64,000 nucleotides of DNA from positions 343,170,001 to 343,234,000 of the forward strand of contig OZ024741.1 of the NCBI GenBank assembly GCA_964016885.1. Direction: 5' to 3'. Source of the stretch: Eledone cirrhosa. Its lineage: Eukaryota. The translations under genes and the position numbers were made by a program. Of this stretch, positions 1 to 15,948 are shown piece by piece. Below the pieces are notes generated by a model that saw nothing but the letters and a program-made list of their open reading frames with translations, made no database searches and had not been told where the DNA came from. The first letter of the stretch is position 1; each line of letters starts with the position of its first letter.

Positions 1-804
1 TTTCAGAATATATATGGTTTTGGGAGTCTATCTCCTAAACGATAGGATTTCGTGAACAAACAAACAGGAATATAACTTTATATATAGAGATATACACACA
101 CACACACACCCCCACGCACGCACCCCACCCCCCCACACACATACACTCATAAACACACACACACACACACACACAGTAGTAGGAGCACTAACACAGCATG
201 ATTCATCATAGAGGCGTTCTTCACTTCAGTCTGTATCATTTCATTCTGAATCCCGATCCGGTCTGGTTCCTTCTCATCGTCATTACAGAGGTCGGAGGCA
301 ATGGACAATCTATAAATCCTTGACTTTCATCGAGACAAAAGTGACGACCATTACCCGGAAGCTGGTTACTGAGGTTCCTTCATGACAAACGTGAAATCAT
401 TGGATTCTGATAAATTATAAAGAACAGTAGATTCTACATTATCACAGATTGTGTACAGACAGAGTACAGCAACATATTATATACAAACGTGACAAGTACC
501 CTCCTCCTCCTCCCCATCCTCCTCCCCATCCTCCTCCTCATCCCCCCTCTTCCCCGCATATCCCCCCTCCTCCTCCTCTTGCTCCCCCCTCCTGACCCTT
601 CTCCTACCCCAAGCCTTCCCCTTCCTCCTCCTCTTGACCCCCCCATCCCATCTCGGGCAAATAGTTGACAACAACAACAACATGAACGTCAACAAGAATA
701 TCAACTATCGCCCTGAATCTAGGACACAAAACGGCTCATTTAAAAATATTTATCTTTATATTAAAACTTCCTACTATAATTTTATTTTAAAAAAATTGTT
801 AAAT

Positions 805-986
805 AATTGTTTCTACTTTGGCACAAGGCCAGCAATTATCTCAGTGTAATACTAGTACTATATTTTATCGACCCCGTAATGATGAAAGACAAAGTTAACC
901 TCGGCGGGATTTGAACTCAGATCATAAAATGCCGCAACTCTATGCTACCATGCTTGGCGTCCAACGCTCTACCGATACTGCCAATC
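805..986 (-). mobile_element. tRNA-derived SINE family A copy
   Basis: Reverse complement of the recurring consensus GGATTGGCAGTATCGGTAGAGCG...GAGTTCAAATCCCGCCGAGGTTAACTTTGCCTTTCATC...GGGGTCGATAAAAT...GCTGGCCTTGTGCC; A/B-box-like head; >15 copies in window. Confidence 0.85.
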
Positions 987-1749
987 AAAAGCCATTTGTA
1001 ATTTTATTAAATAATATTCTAATATTCTAAATATCAGCCTACTACTAAAAGATTCGGTAATTTTTAAAATTCCTTTACATTTTTATTTGTTTTCAAAATT
1101 AATTGAAACGCATAGACAGTTTCAATTAAAACCGGTAAAATAGGTTGCGTTGTGTAGTAAATGGCCTACACGTTTTAACTTTTCTTTCATCTTAATTAAA
1201 TAATTAGTCAAGTACTGGAAGTAATTTTATCACCTAACCTCCCCTTCAATGTCGGATATAATGGAGGGCGAATTGAGTGTCGTGTAGAATGGTTTGCGGT
1301 ATATATTCCTGTTTTCTATCTTTTGAATTCATATCCTGCTCAGGTCAACTTTGACTTTTATACATCCTGGTTAGATAAATACAGGGTCGACTGAAAAGTT
1401 TATAGACTGTCCAAGATACTCTTATTGAATGACAAGATGAGGTTTATTCTTCAGCATAGTCCCCGAAAAGAAACATTGCAGTTATAAATACGAAGAGTTG
1501 AAATTAATGCATGCAAGATTTCACAGCTCCAGCATCAACACTACATAGTCAACAGATGGATACTTCAGCTGATTCTCGTATATTATCAGTCTAGAATGAA
1601 CTATAAAGATAACAAACACAACCACAGGGATATGGTCTAAACGTGGAAGAGCTGAACTCCCACTGTCATCGCCTCTCTCTCTCTCGCCCTCCCCCATCTC
1701 TCTGTATGGTGAGCAAATGGGGTCCCACGTGCTGGCCTACCCACAACCC

Positions 1750-1870
1750 CGGCGGTCAGAATGGAGAAGGCGTTTCCCCGGAGGATGGTAAGGGAGATGC
1801 TCTGGAAGAGCCATTCCAACTCGCGAGGCTCACACCTGCAGCTGGCCAGCTCAGCGACAGCTCAATTCTG
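1750..1870 (-). mobile_element. 3' remnant of CRE-like (RLE-type) non-LTR retrotransposon
   Basis: Minus-strand translation ..EPRELEWLFQSISLTILRGNAFSIL resembles the DPRE..FLFQRLS.AIQRGNA.SIL C-terminus of CRE-type restriction-like endonuclease ORFs. Confidence 0.6.
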
Positions 1871-2464
1871 CATTCATTTTTCTCTCTGACTTTCTCACAT
1901 TCTTTTAGGAAGAAATCGGTTATGGTTGTGAATACATATAAGGGGGAAAAAATCAAAGCAAAAATCATGAAGATGGGTGGTTACAGTTGGAATGGTATTA
2001 ATCACTGGTCTGCTCAATCAAGGCTAAAAGTAAATTTAAACATCAACAGCATCAGTAACAGCAACAACAATAAAATACACATCGGGGGCAACATATATAT
2101 ATATATGACCCCCCCCCCCCTCACACACACAAAACAAAGACAAAACAAAACAAAACATAAAACACGAATAATAACAACAACAACAACAACAGCAATAAAG
2201 GCCAAACCAAAAACAACAAAAACACGAACAACAACAACAACAATTAAAACTATGAGGAATTTCAACAAAGAAAGCGAAACGTTGATAATCTTCATGTGCT
2301 GACTGTGACAGGTGAAAATATGATACGGGGTTTAACTAAATTTCTGAGGTTTCTTGGCATATAATTCAATTAACATGTACATGATAGCAACAACATTACA
2401 AGAGGCTACAGAAATATAGCACGCTTACGCATGCCTATATAGACATACATGGCATATATATATA

Positions 2465-2550
<86 letters not shown>

Positions 2551-2740
2551 CATACACATATACACATACGTATACACATACGTATACACACACATATATG
2601 TATAAATATATATATGGCATGTATGTATATATAGTCTTGCGTACACATACTTATATGTATGTATATGCGGAAAGTAAACGGAAAGACTAAAGCAAACGAC
2701 ACAGTACAATGACGAAATATATTGGTTTAACGAATTGGCT

Positions 2741-2777
<37 letters not shown>

Positions 2778-2944
2778 TATATATATACACATATACATAT
2801 ACATATCTACACACATATACATATACATACGCACACGCATATATATATACATAAACGCACGCATATATATATATATATATATACATATATATACATAGAT
2901 AAATATATACATATATTTTATTTATCTATGTAAATATATGTATA

Positions 2945-2988
<44 letters not shown>

Positions 2989-2991
2989 CAT

Positions 2992-3026
<35 letters not shown>

Positions 3027-3324
3027 TATACATATATATACATATATATACATATATATACATATACACACACACACCACACACACACACACATATATAT
3101 ATATATCTATATCTATATATATATGTATGTATGTGGCCGTATTATTACAATAACGCCTCTACATATGTAGCATGTGTTTATTCGTATATAAGCACGGATA
3201 AGCGTGTATTATTCCAGTAGCCTCCTGTGCTATTGCTATTTATTGTTGTTAATCTTTAATACATGTTAATTCAATTACATGCCAGGAAACCACAGAAATT
3301 TAACTAAGCACCGTATCATGTATG

Positions 3325-3377
<53 letters not shown>

Positions 3378-4033
3378 ATATACTTAAATATGTATATATA
3401 TGTATGCATATATGTGTATGTATATATATGTTTATATGTATATGTATATATATATATATGTGTATATATATATATATATATACCTATATATATACATAAA
3501 TATGTATATATATGTATATATATATATATACATATATATACATATGTATATATATATATATGTATATATACATATATATAAGCATATATATAAATATATA
3601 CATATATATATAATCACACGGCTATACATACATGCATATACACACACACACACACGCGGTCACGCCCCCCACACACAAATGCGAGGGCGCGTTTTTATGA
3701 CTCCTTTTATATCTACGTTTAAAAAAACTCTAATTAAAAAAGTGGTGTTAAAAGTGTTTATATATGTTTGAGAAAGAGCAAGATTGCTGGTTGTATGCTC
3801 ACACATACACATAGACGTATACAGACGTATATATATATATAAATATATATATATATAAATATATATATATATATGAATATTTCTATTTCTATCTCTATGT
3901 CTATGTCTATGTAAATGTATATGTATATGTATATATAATCATATATGCTTGCATATATATATATAAATGGGACTCATATCTATACATATATATATACATA
4001 TATATAGAAATGGGACTCACATATATACGTATA

Positions 4034-4074
<41 letters not shown>

Positions 4075-4095
4075 ACAATAATAAATTTGAAGTTA

Positions 4096-4121
<26 letters not shown>

Positions 4122-4131
<10 letters not shown>

Positions 4132-4606
4132 TAAACGGAATAGAAAATGCTGACAAATTGTTCACAGTTGATGGTTTAATTAGGAATAAAAGAGTATTAG
4201 TAATTGTATGGGTTAGTATTCAATTGTGGTTTTAAGTTTTTACCGGTTGTGCATTTCTAAATGCTTTTCAAAAATAATTTTGAGATAGAGTGTCCGTGTT
4301 GTTTGCTCTGATCTGATTAGTTTTGGAAATTCTACCTGTTTTTATGTTAAAAAAGTGGCTCCAGCGCTACTTTGGTGTTGCAAAAATTCTTGTGGTCAAA
4401 ACAATTTTGATTGGTCGGTAGAGGTCATGTGAATGTAACAAATTGATTTTGCGCCAAGACTGTCTTTATGTTAAAAAAGTGGCTCCAGCGCTACTTGGTG
4501 TTTGCAAAAATTCTTGTGGTCAAAACAATTTTGATTGGTCGGTAGAGGTCATGTGAATAAAAAATTGGTTTTGCGCCAAGATTGAGAAATGACTCTTTCA
4601 CAACAA

Positions 4607-4692
<86 letters not shown>

Positions 4693-5174
4693 TAGTAGTA
4701 AGGTGTTCGATGTTGTGATAATGGTTAGCAGGGATGTGTGTCAAATGGCTATTAAGATAAGTGTGTGTGTATGTGTGTGTGTGTGCGTGTGTGTGTATAG
4801 CAGAGTAATTCGTGGTAGCAGGGATGGTCAGTAAGAATGTGTCTGTAAGCAATGGGGGGTATTTTAGCATGTCAAAAGATATTTTTCAGATTTTGTCTTA
4901 TACGGAGAAGTGCGTGTGTGTGTGTGTATAAGTCTCTTTGTATGTTAATGTACGCGTGTGTATGTGTGTGTGTATATATATATGTGTGTGTGTGTGAGAA
5001 TGTGTGTGTGTGTGTGTGGGTGGACCAGTATTTTTTTCCCCCTGGTAAAATGGTGTACATTGTTCGATTTTTTCAGTAAAATCGGTTCTCTTAATAGAAC
5101 ATCAAAAATCTTAACAATAAAAGGTGTGAAATGATATTCACTATATATATATAAACATACATATATTCACTATA

Positions 5175-5214
<40 letters not shown>

Positions 5215-5369
5215 CATATATATATAGGAGTAAGTAAGACCCGACGGCGTCGAAACGGCTTGAGCTCAGCCGTCGAGGTCTTACTTACTCCTATTACCCA
5301 CTCTACTACCCTAAGTATTGAGTACTTTGGTGCGTTATGGTCCACCTGGTTCCTTACCTTTTCCCTCGC

Positions 5370-5415
<46 letters not shown>

Positions 5416-5505
5416 TATATACATATATATATACATATATACATATATATACATATATACACATATATTTTTTTGTGTTGCACCATGGAGCATGTGTGTT
5501 TACGT
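4122..5505 (-). repeat. Left arm of long inverted repeat (inverted copy of PLE 3' region/pseudo-LTR)
   Basis: Reverse complement of 8070-9370, e.g. TTGGTAAACGGAATAGAAAATGCTGAC at ~4128 vs GTCAGCATTTTCTATTCCGTTTACCAA at ~9338; contains an internal ~122 bp tandem duplication (4341-4580). Confidence 0.92.
5225..5370 (+). mobile_element. Short repeat family carrying the 3' half of a hammerhead (copy 1), inserted in the (TA)n tract of the left arm
   Basis: CGAAACGGCTTGAGCTCAGCCGTCG..GTC.TACT..CTCCTATTACCCACTCTACTACCCTAAG shared with 33741, 40056, 42135, 44521, 47135; absent from the right arm. Confidence 0.85.
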
Positions 5506-5519
5506 GTGTTTACATAGGG

Positions 5520-7990
5520 AAAAGATACCACCACCATGATAGGTGTAACAACTTCCCCGCTTCAAGGGGACAGCAAGGTAATTACCATTTTCTCAACTCT
5601 CGCTTCCACAATACACAACAAACCCACACCACACGATACAACCAACAACGTAGGCCACTTATAACACCACAATACAACATGGCACATAGAAACACACACC
5701 CATACTCGCAGTACAGGAACACCCCATTCAATCTACAGCCACCAACCCGAACCACATTTTACAACAACAAGTAATATAACAAACACAGGAGACCACTTAA
5801 CATCAGCAGACAACCCCTCTACCCCAACCATTTTTTAGACACAGCACACAGATACAGGCAAACAAAATAACACAAGACAGGGAGGAGAAACCGATAGTAA
5901 TACAAATTATCAATCTTACTAGTGCAGAACCAACACCAAACCTTATCAACTTACTCTCCAAAGGTCTTAAATTCACACCGACCCCACTACGTTCTAACTA
6001 CTATGAAATGAAGGAAGACATCACAGACAAAAACACAAGCCAAACCTCAACAAGAAAGAATGGGAAGAATTAAATAGATTAAAAACCGACAGAACCATTA
6101 CAATTAAAGAGGCTCATAAAGGGAGTACAGTAGTCCTAATGGAGACAGAATTCTATATCAACTTAGCGCTCTCCACTTTGGAAAACGAAACATACTACGA
6201 AAAGGCTGAACACTACAATCAACAGAAAATTATGAGAAACCTAAAAACTCTAATCAACCAATACAAAGAAGGATTCACTAACAAGGAATTCAGCTTCATC
6301 ACAGACTTCACAAGTAAATCCAGCCTTTTCTACGGTATCCCTAAAGTACATAAAAGCGAATCAATAAGTAAGGCATGCAAGGAAGCCACAGACATAGTCA
6401 TCAATGTCCCCTCACCCAATGATCTCAAATTAAGACCTATAATAGCAGGCCCCGCTTGCGAAACCCACCGCCTTAGCAACTTCATTGATACCCTTCTCAA
6501 ACCCTTCCTCAAACACATCAAAAGCTATATAAGGGACAACCTAGATATGCTCAATCACCTCCCTAATATGCCACTTTCTGAACAAACCCTACTAGTGACG
6601 TTCGATGTAGTCAACCTATACTCCAACATCCCCCACAACCTAGGAATAGAAGCTATCCAATTCTGGCTGGATAATTTCCACAATGAACTCCCACAACGCA
6701 TCAAAAAAGAATTCGTGATAGAGGGACTCAAATTTATCTTGGAGAACAATTACTTCGTTTTCAATAACAAACCCTACAGGCAGAAATCTGGGACCGCTAT
6801 GGGAACGAAAACAGCCCCCACTTATGCCAACCTGTCATGGGATACCTGGAAATCACACTCTACACTAAAGTCCTAAACAAATTTGGAAACACCCTCCACT
6901 TACACATTGAAAGGAACTGGAAGCGATATCTAGATTACTGCTTCATCCTTTGGCACGAAAACATCGAAAAACTTAAAGAATTTTACACCCATATAAATGG
7001 GCTCAACACGAATATTAACTTCACGATGGAATACAGCCATCAACAACTCCCCTTCCTCGACATCCTCATTAAGATCCATAACAAATAAATAGAAACAGAC
7101 ATATACTACAAGCCCACAGACTCCAAGCAACATCTCCCTTTCAACTCTTGCCACCATAGACACGTTAAAATTAATATTCCCTACAATTTAGCCAAGAGAA
7201 TCTGTACTATAGTCTCCAATAAAAACATCTGCTACTTACGGCTACAAGAACTAAAGGACACACTCATAGGCAGGGACTACCCTGCATCACTAATTGACAA
7301 TGGAATCCAACGTGCCCTAAAACTCAGTACCCAGGACCTTAGACACCCTAAAGTAAATCAACCGAAACTAAAAGCTCTTCCATACATCTCCACACACAAC
7401 CCCCTCAACAATGAGGCCTTTGACACCATCCTCCAGAACATCCCTGTGTTGAAAAAGGACCATAGAATGAACCAAATCCTACGAACACACGATATCATAA
7501 AGAGCAAAAGACAATCCAAGTCAATGAAAAACATCTTAACACATACCAAAGTACTGCCAACCACAACAACGAAACCCACAGTAAAAAAATGCGATAGACC
7601 CAACTGTGGCATTTGCATCAACCTAATAGAGGGTTCGGAATTCTATTTCAAAGAAGGACAACGTTTTATAGTAAAACACAATTTCACATGTGCATCGGAA
7701 AATCTAATATATGTATTAACTTGCTCAGGTTGTCGAGAACAATACATAGGCCAGACCAAAAAACAGCCTCCGCCAACGCATGACTGTCCATAGATCCCAA
7801 ATTAATATACGGGAATACAGGAAAATACCACTGAGTGAATACATTGATACCTGTGCCGCCCAAAATCATCCCAACTTCAGAATCTTTCCCCTCTACAAAT
7901 TTAAAGATAATGCCACCCACACCCAGCGCATCAGCAAGGAATCTTACTTCATTAACAAATACGGACCCCGTCTAAACACTTCTCCCCAAG
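5520..7990 (+). pseudogene. Penelope-like retroelement ORF (RT + Cys-knuckle + GIY-YIG endonuclease), frameshifted; Neptune-like
   Basis: IINLTS..LLSKGLKFTPT (~5907), IKEAHKGSTVVLM (DKG motif), YGIPKVHK, LRPIIAG, TFDVVNLYSNI, QKSGTAMG, WKRYLDY (YxDD decayed), LPFLD, KKCDRPNCGIC, NLIYVLTCSGCREQYIGQT; frameshifts near 6835 and 7765, stop at 7086-7088; the 5' boundary is approximate. Confidence 0.93.
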
Positions 7991-8069
7991 ACGAACCCAC
8001 AACATACACACGTCAACATACATACCTACATCAGCACACATCTATACCCACATATAAACACAATGACAT

Positions 8070-9452
<1,383 letters not shown>

Positions 9453-9913
9453 GTATGAAACGCACTAATAGATATCTAGTAATTACTTTGAACCTGAAAT
9501 TTAAATTAAAATGAATATCGAATAGAGATGATTTCACGGTGGCCGCCATCTTGCGTAGATGTTTCTTTTTTATTTCATTTGCTGCAGCAATTATATTTTG
9601 TTGGCCGTTTTACCAATTTATTATAGGAATCGAAATTTTTAAATCTATCTTGAAAAATTTGTAAATTGAAAAAACGAGAAAAATAAAAAAATCGTAAACC
9701 AAACCCTAAACAAACAAAACATTTCTATCTTTAAGTATTTATATTTAGGGTAATGCATTGATATGTAAGCTTACATCTTTTAGATTCGGCTGTAGTTATG
9801 AAATATTTCAGAAATCATCATTTTGATATTTTTTTCTTGTAATGTCAATGATGGAGCAAATTATAAACTCAATGAAAAGAACTAAAATATATATATAAAG
9901 AAGATCTAATATA

Positions 9914-10045
9914 CAGGGTGGCACAAAAGTCGTGCACCAGCATATAACGCTTTGCCGCAATCTTTATATTTATTTTTGTAAGCAAATGCAATTAAAGTTC
10001 ATTATGATGATCCATAGTGTGGTGCATGACTTTTGCCCCATCCTG
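9914..10045. mobile_element. Tc1/mariner-type MITE
   Basis: TA-CAGGGTGGCACAAAAGTCGTGCACCA ... TGGTGCATGACTTTTGCCCCATCCTG-TA terminal inverted repeats with TA flanks. Confidence 0.75.
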
Positions 10046-10740
10046 TATTTTGAAAAATACATAGGTTATATACACGCCACTGGCTTGACGGCGGGGCAAT
10101 GTGTTTTTTAAAACCATATGTGCTTATTCGCCGTTATTCCTTAATTTGCTTTTAGTGTGTAATCATAGATATTTAAATCTTTTCCTTTGCCGATGATCCA
10201 AGAGTTGACATCTGTGATTCCCAGATTTATGGTGAAATATATTTCTTCTATGGAATATTCAAAGGAGATTAATCATTATTGCAAGGTATTTAAGGTTCTT
10301 GTTAATTTTTAATGTTACCTCCGTAACTATGTGTGTTTACACTCTTTACAAATTATCCCCTGTAATGGTTTGATGTGTTTATTTTATATATATATATGTC
10401 ATTTTACTTTTAATTTAATGTTAGGTTATATACATACATTTTTGAAATCAGTTCTTTAAAAGGTTTATACTATCCTGAGCGTACAACTCAGTACGCATTC
10501 CTTTATTTTGTTACCATATCTACAACACGATTTAATCAGTTTCCTCTCAAATCATAATTCGGTTGTCTAATGCACGGACAAGATGCAAATGTCTAAATCA
10601 TTCATGCGTATTATTATTGATAGGTTGACATTTTCCCGATTACTGCAGTATAGGGTCTATATGAACACATCCAGCAATGCGGCAGCATATAATGTTCTGA
10701 AATTAAAGCAGTCAAAACGTTTTAATATATAGTGTAAATA

Positions 10741-11190
10741 GGGCAGTGGATTGGCAGCATCGGTAGCGAGTCGGACACCATACTTTGCAGCTTAGAGTTA
10801 CCGTCCTTTTCGGTCTGAGTTCAAATCACGCCGAGGTTAACTTTGCCTTTCATTCTTATGGGGTCGATAAAATAAAGTACCAGTAACGTACTGGGGTTGA
10901 CTTAATCGACTTTCCCCTGTCACCAAATTACTGGTCTTGTGCCTATACTAGAAATCTTTATATAGTGTAAATAAAGGTGGTTGGTTTGGCAGTAATCGGT
11001 AAAGTGTCGGACAACATGCTTTGCGGCATGGAGTTACATCCCTTTACTTTCTGAGTTCAAATCTCGCCAAGGTTAGTTTTGCCTTTGGAGTTTGCATGCT
11101 TGGTAAAATAAAGCACCAGTAACGCACTGGGTTGATTTAACCGACGTCCATCCCTCCTTAAATTGTCGGATTGTGCCTAAATCAGAAACC
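10741..11190 (+). mobile_element. Two tandem SINE family A copies (10741-10955, 10975-11190)
   Basis: Each has the GGATTGGCAG..TCGGTA head, GAGTTCAAATC B-box and ATAAAATAAAG.ACCAGTAACG body. Confidence 0.85.
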
Positions 11191-11583
11191 ATTATTTAGT
11201 GTAAATATACATTCTAAAGATGAAGATAGTCGTTCGGTAAAATGTGATAATAAAGAAAATCGAGTTATTCTGGTTTCTTAAGTTTTGAGATCAGATATCA
11301 AGTTTCAAGCTCGATGTGATTCTACAATCAGTTAAGAGAACAACTTAATTCATTAGAAGTATAATCCATGAGGAATTAGGAATTAAACTGAGTAAATTAA
11401 TGCGATGTGTTGTATGAATGCAGATGCTCAATGCACTTAAAGATAAGGGTTAATCCCGTAAAATGAGAAATTTAATACGTTTCATTTGTATTACAAATGT
11501 TCCAACAGGTAAAAATGATGAAAAGAAGAAAATGGTAACAGATTCGCTAGCGCTCCATTATTAATAAAATGTAACACATATAC

Positions 11584-11668
<85 letters not shown>

Positions 11669-12214
11669 ATATCTTGCCATGGTTTACAGTGAAACGATGA
11701 ATGCAATAAATGAAAGAATTTTAAATTCATTATCAGAAGAACACGTGTCTGATATACACAGTTTAAAATATTCGTAGCAAAATTCTTGTGTGTATTATAC
11801 AAAAACATCGCTTATGCTTTTATATACACCCTATCAATTTGATATTTACATAAGAAATAAAGTTTAAATATAATTGGACTGTTATTCTATAACATTACAG
11901 TCGTCTTTGTCCTATATATACCCAACATCATTTTTAATTTCTAGATTTGTTATTTTTCAAAGACCTTATGTAATTTGATACATTTGTATTGACAGATCTT
12001 TTCGCATTTCTAATGGCATGTTCGGCCCGTAAGTATCTATACTAAAGATGTATCCAGTTAACGTAGTATACGTAATATATCTAAATTGCATCATCAGTTA
12101 TAAATAATTTCGTAAAATAATTATCAGTTTTGAAAACATTGATTAGTTAATAAAGAATCTACGGGGTTAAGACAATTGTGTAACCCGAGACCCCAAAGAG
12201 AGTGTGAAAGGGAG

Positions 12215-12870
12215 CAAACCTTGACAATTGGAACCTGGAATATCACAACTTTTGCAGGAACTAATGGAGGAGGCTAGATGCTACCGGCTAGATATAGTCG
12301 GGGTTTCCTCAACAAAGTTGCGGAGCTCTAATACTGTAGAGTTGGATTGAGGATCGAAACTTCACTGGTCAGGTGTGGCACCAAAAATGACTGCACAGGC
12401 GGCAGTGAGGATATTCACGTCAGTCAGAATGTGTTATAGAATGGATACCATTGGGAGGGAGCATTTGCCTCTTGAAGCTTAAGCTGAAAGATGTGGGTGG
12501 TGCAAGTTTATGCACCAAACAAGGAGTCTGAATACATACCCTGAAATGGAAAGAAATCATTGGAAAGAACAGCGATCTCGATCTAAATACAAATGGAGAG
12601 GCTCTATTGCAACAATGGGCTCTGTATTATGAACGCCTTCTTCCAGCACAGAGTAATCCATAAATATACACGGTATAAGGGGAATCAGGGTCAGAGATCA
12701 ATAATTGATTTTGTTACTGTCATTGATCTGTTCTGTGCTGGATATTCGTGTTAAGCGAGGGGGTGAGTTGTCAACCAATTACCATCTAATTATCTGCAGC
12801 TTGAGACTACCTAAAACCCCCAAAGCTCACAAAACTGGCAGGTCCAGGTCGACCTATAAGATAAAGTGGG
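12215..12870 (+). pseudogene. Decayed AP-endonuclease domain of an RTE-clade LINE
   Basis: Translated fragments LTIGTWNITT, RLDIVGVSSTK, VVQVYAPN, GLCIMNAFFQHRVIHKYT, SIIDFV, VLDIRVKRGGELSTNYHLIICSL. Confidence 0.8.
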
Positions 12871-12959
12871 TAAGGAAGTCAGGACCAGGTATGCAGATAC
12901 TATTGCATCCAAAGTCAGAGAAATTAGCAAACTGAGCAATATAGGCAAAGTTGATCTCA

Positions 12960-13138
12960 GTAGAATTTTAACTCAGAAAACAGGGAGCCGGAACGAATAC
13001 CTCAAACATTCTATCCAACGTTCTAACGACCCTATCAACTTGTCAGCTTTATTACACCATACCAAACCTTATAAACAGGGAAACGACAGTTGTGATTTAT
13101 ACATTTCAGAGAAACAGCTAAATATATCACCATCATGA
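12960..13138 (+). pseudogene. PLE GIY-YIG C-terminal remnant
   Basis: INLSALLHHTKPYKQGNDSCDLYISEKQL resembles the I.W.I...A.PY..G...C.LC..EK motif also seen at 47962-48225. Confidence 0.45.
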
Positions 13139-13153
13139 ACGTACATTCAGAAA

Positions 13154-13337
13154 TAATTGTTTCTACTTTTGGTACACGGCCAGCAATTATCCAGTACATT
13201 ACTGGTACTTTATTTTATCGACCCCGTAAGGATGAAAGGCAAAGTTAACCTCGGTGGAATTTGAACTCAGATCGTAATAGGACGTAACTCTTTGCTGCAA
13301 AGCATGGCGTCAGACGCTCTACCGATACTGCCAATCG
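13154..13337 (-). mobile_element. SINE family A copy
   Basis: Close match to 805-986 and 28074-28262. Confidence 0.85.
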
Positions 13338-13692
13338 AGAAATAATGTTTTTTTTTCCTCTCCACTAATTTAAGCACATCTACCGCCAAAACCGACAATT
13401 TTCTAAAGTTAACATGCATCTAATATTTGTTATTTTAGTTATCATATGACAAAATGCCTAGAAGGGGAACAACTGAGAGTCTTACACAGTAATGTTCTGT
13501 GCTCAATGATTTCATATTATCAACACACACATTCAATAATGTTTGTTTTATATTTTAGCCTACATACATATAAATATACGATTGTTTCATATATTTCATC
13601 GATTGATGAAAAGTCGGTAAAACATCAAACCAATAATCACACTCCAGCAACTTTCAGCATAAGAAATAATACACACGCACACACTCATATGT

Positions 13693-13801
<109 letters not shown>

Positions 13802-13957
13802 GGAGAACGAGAGAGTGAGGGAGAGAGACGGGGGGAGTTATAGTTTGCTTGAAGCAAGGTAACATTATCTGTGATACTTGTTTTTCTCCCGATTCTTTTT
13901 TGTCTTAATATTTAAAACCAGCTTTCAAGACACACAGACATAGACACACACAAACCC

Positions 13958-14023
<66 letters not shown>

Positions 14024-14046
14024 TCGTGCATCCATCAAATATATAT

Positions 14047-14079
<33 letters not shown>

Positions 14080-14126
14080 CTCGTGCATCCATCAAATATG
14101 TATATATTTATATATACATATATATA

Positions 14127-14224
<98 letters not shown>

Positions 14225-14942
14225 TATACATATATGATAGACGCGTCGATCTCGAAGTATGAGTATACAGCAGCTTTAGATTAGTCTGTTGGTCGATGTC
14301 TATCTGTAAGGTATCATTTAAGTCTTGTCTATTCCTGGACCACAGGACCATTTGATCAATATTTCTCATGTTTTCTTTTAATTTGTCGACAAAGTCTCTA
14401 ATGACATTTAAGCTGAGCTGCCTTGGAACGTTTTGTTAACTGCATTGAGTCGTAAGAAAATATAAACCACGTTTGTTCACGTTTTTGATGTCAGAAATTC
14501 TATCGGAAAATTTGTTTGCGTTATCCGTTTGATGTCTCGAAAATCTAAAAGAATTCGTTAATTATTCATCCACGACTGCAATGAAAACTAGCACCACATT
14601 ACTTCTTGAACTCAGCTTAACGTTTCAGTGAAACGAAAGTACCTCTTCCTCAGCGTTGATTGAATACAACAATTGGAATAGCCATGTCTTGAGAGGAATA
14701 CATCTGATAAAGTTCACCATGCCTACACCATCGAGAAGAGATATGAGCACTAGCGCAGGCGACTTCGTACATAATTATTTCTTATGAATCATACATCTCA
14801 TGTTTCTTTTCTTTTATTAGGATTGACATTTAATGCTACTGCAAAGAAATCAAATGTACAACGTGGCTTTATAGAAGATATAGCCGAGTAATATATTCAA
14901 GAAAGTCCTTCTTTTACAAAGAAACTAGACAGACCTTGATCT

Positions 14943-14993
<51 letters not shown>

Positions 14994-14998
<5 letters not shown>

Positions 14999-15729
14999 TA
15001 GCGAGAATCGTATTTCGGCTTTGGAATTAGCGAAAAACAACTTCCGAGATGTGTGGCAAGCGCTCAATAATTCTGACGAACCAGAGCTACAACATACGTT
15101 AAAGGTCAAACACACTGAGACGATGGTTAAACCGTCATCCGCACAACAATAGAAACGACCAAGTAATTCGGGTCAAACAAATAAAAAAATATGTGATTGA
15201 AAAAATTTACCCGGACATCTGGATGGTTGGTAAAATCCAGCATTTTGGTTTCTGCGACTCCTAAATCAAGTACTGTCCTCTTAGACAAATAAAGTTAGGC
15301 TTCTGGTAAGATGATTGAACAAGGAAGTAACTTTCTCAACAGGTTTTAGTTCAAGTACCAGGCGAAGGAATGACCGTTACCGATACCCACGTGGGGCTCG
15401 ACAAGGGAGGCAACCCTTATTTTTGGCGGATGAAATTCAGTATGTGTATATTATTGCAAAAATGCAAAATATCACAAAACGAATTATGCTCTCAACGAAT
15501 TATGCTCTCAACAAAAGCTATTCATCAGTCAATAGAATCAAATAAAAAAATCAAGAAAATTAACTGGTCAATAGCTAGACTCTGGAGATTAGTAAAAATA
15601 TAAATTAGCGAGAATCGTATTTCGGCTTTGGAATTAGCGAAAAACAACTTCCGAGGTGTGTGGCAAGCGCTCAATAATTCTGACGAACCAGAGCTACAAC
15701 ATACGTTAAAGGCCAAACACACTGAGACG

Positions 15730-15731
<2 letters not shown>
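14994..15731 (+). mobile_element. 607-bp-period unit with ~131 bp terminal direct repeat and decayed hammerhead core (PLE pseudo-LTR-like)
   Basis: 14994-15124 repeated at 15601-15731; CTGACGA at 15073 and 15680; flanked by (TA)n and (CA)n. Confidence 0.75.
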
Positions 15732-15811
<80 letters not shown>

Positions 15812-15884
15812 TTCGTTTCTGCAACATGACCCTCCCAAAGCATAACGATATATATATATTTATATATATATATATGTATATACA

Positions 15885-15948
<64 letters not shown>

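Noticed and set aside
1643-2302. 219 aa plus-strand ORF
   Set aside because: Composite of the antisense of a CRE-like remnant and (ACA)n low-complexity sequence.
2406-3771. Many 60-290 aa ORFs rich in YI, HT and CV (here and throughout, e.g. 40202-41062)
   Set aside because: Translations of (TA)n, (CA)n and (TG)n microsatellites that lack stop codons; not genes.
4341-4580. Regular ~122 bp duplications and the ~60 bp periodic unit at 53985-54200 as possible CRISPR-like arrays
   Set aside because: Simple tandem duplications without unique spacers, in a eukaryotic context with no cas genes.
14255-14770. Non-repetitive stretch with a short open minus-strand frame
   Set aside because: No motif I can recognise; could be a decayed transposon or exon, and needs blastx.
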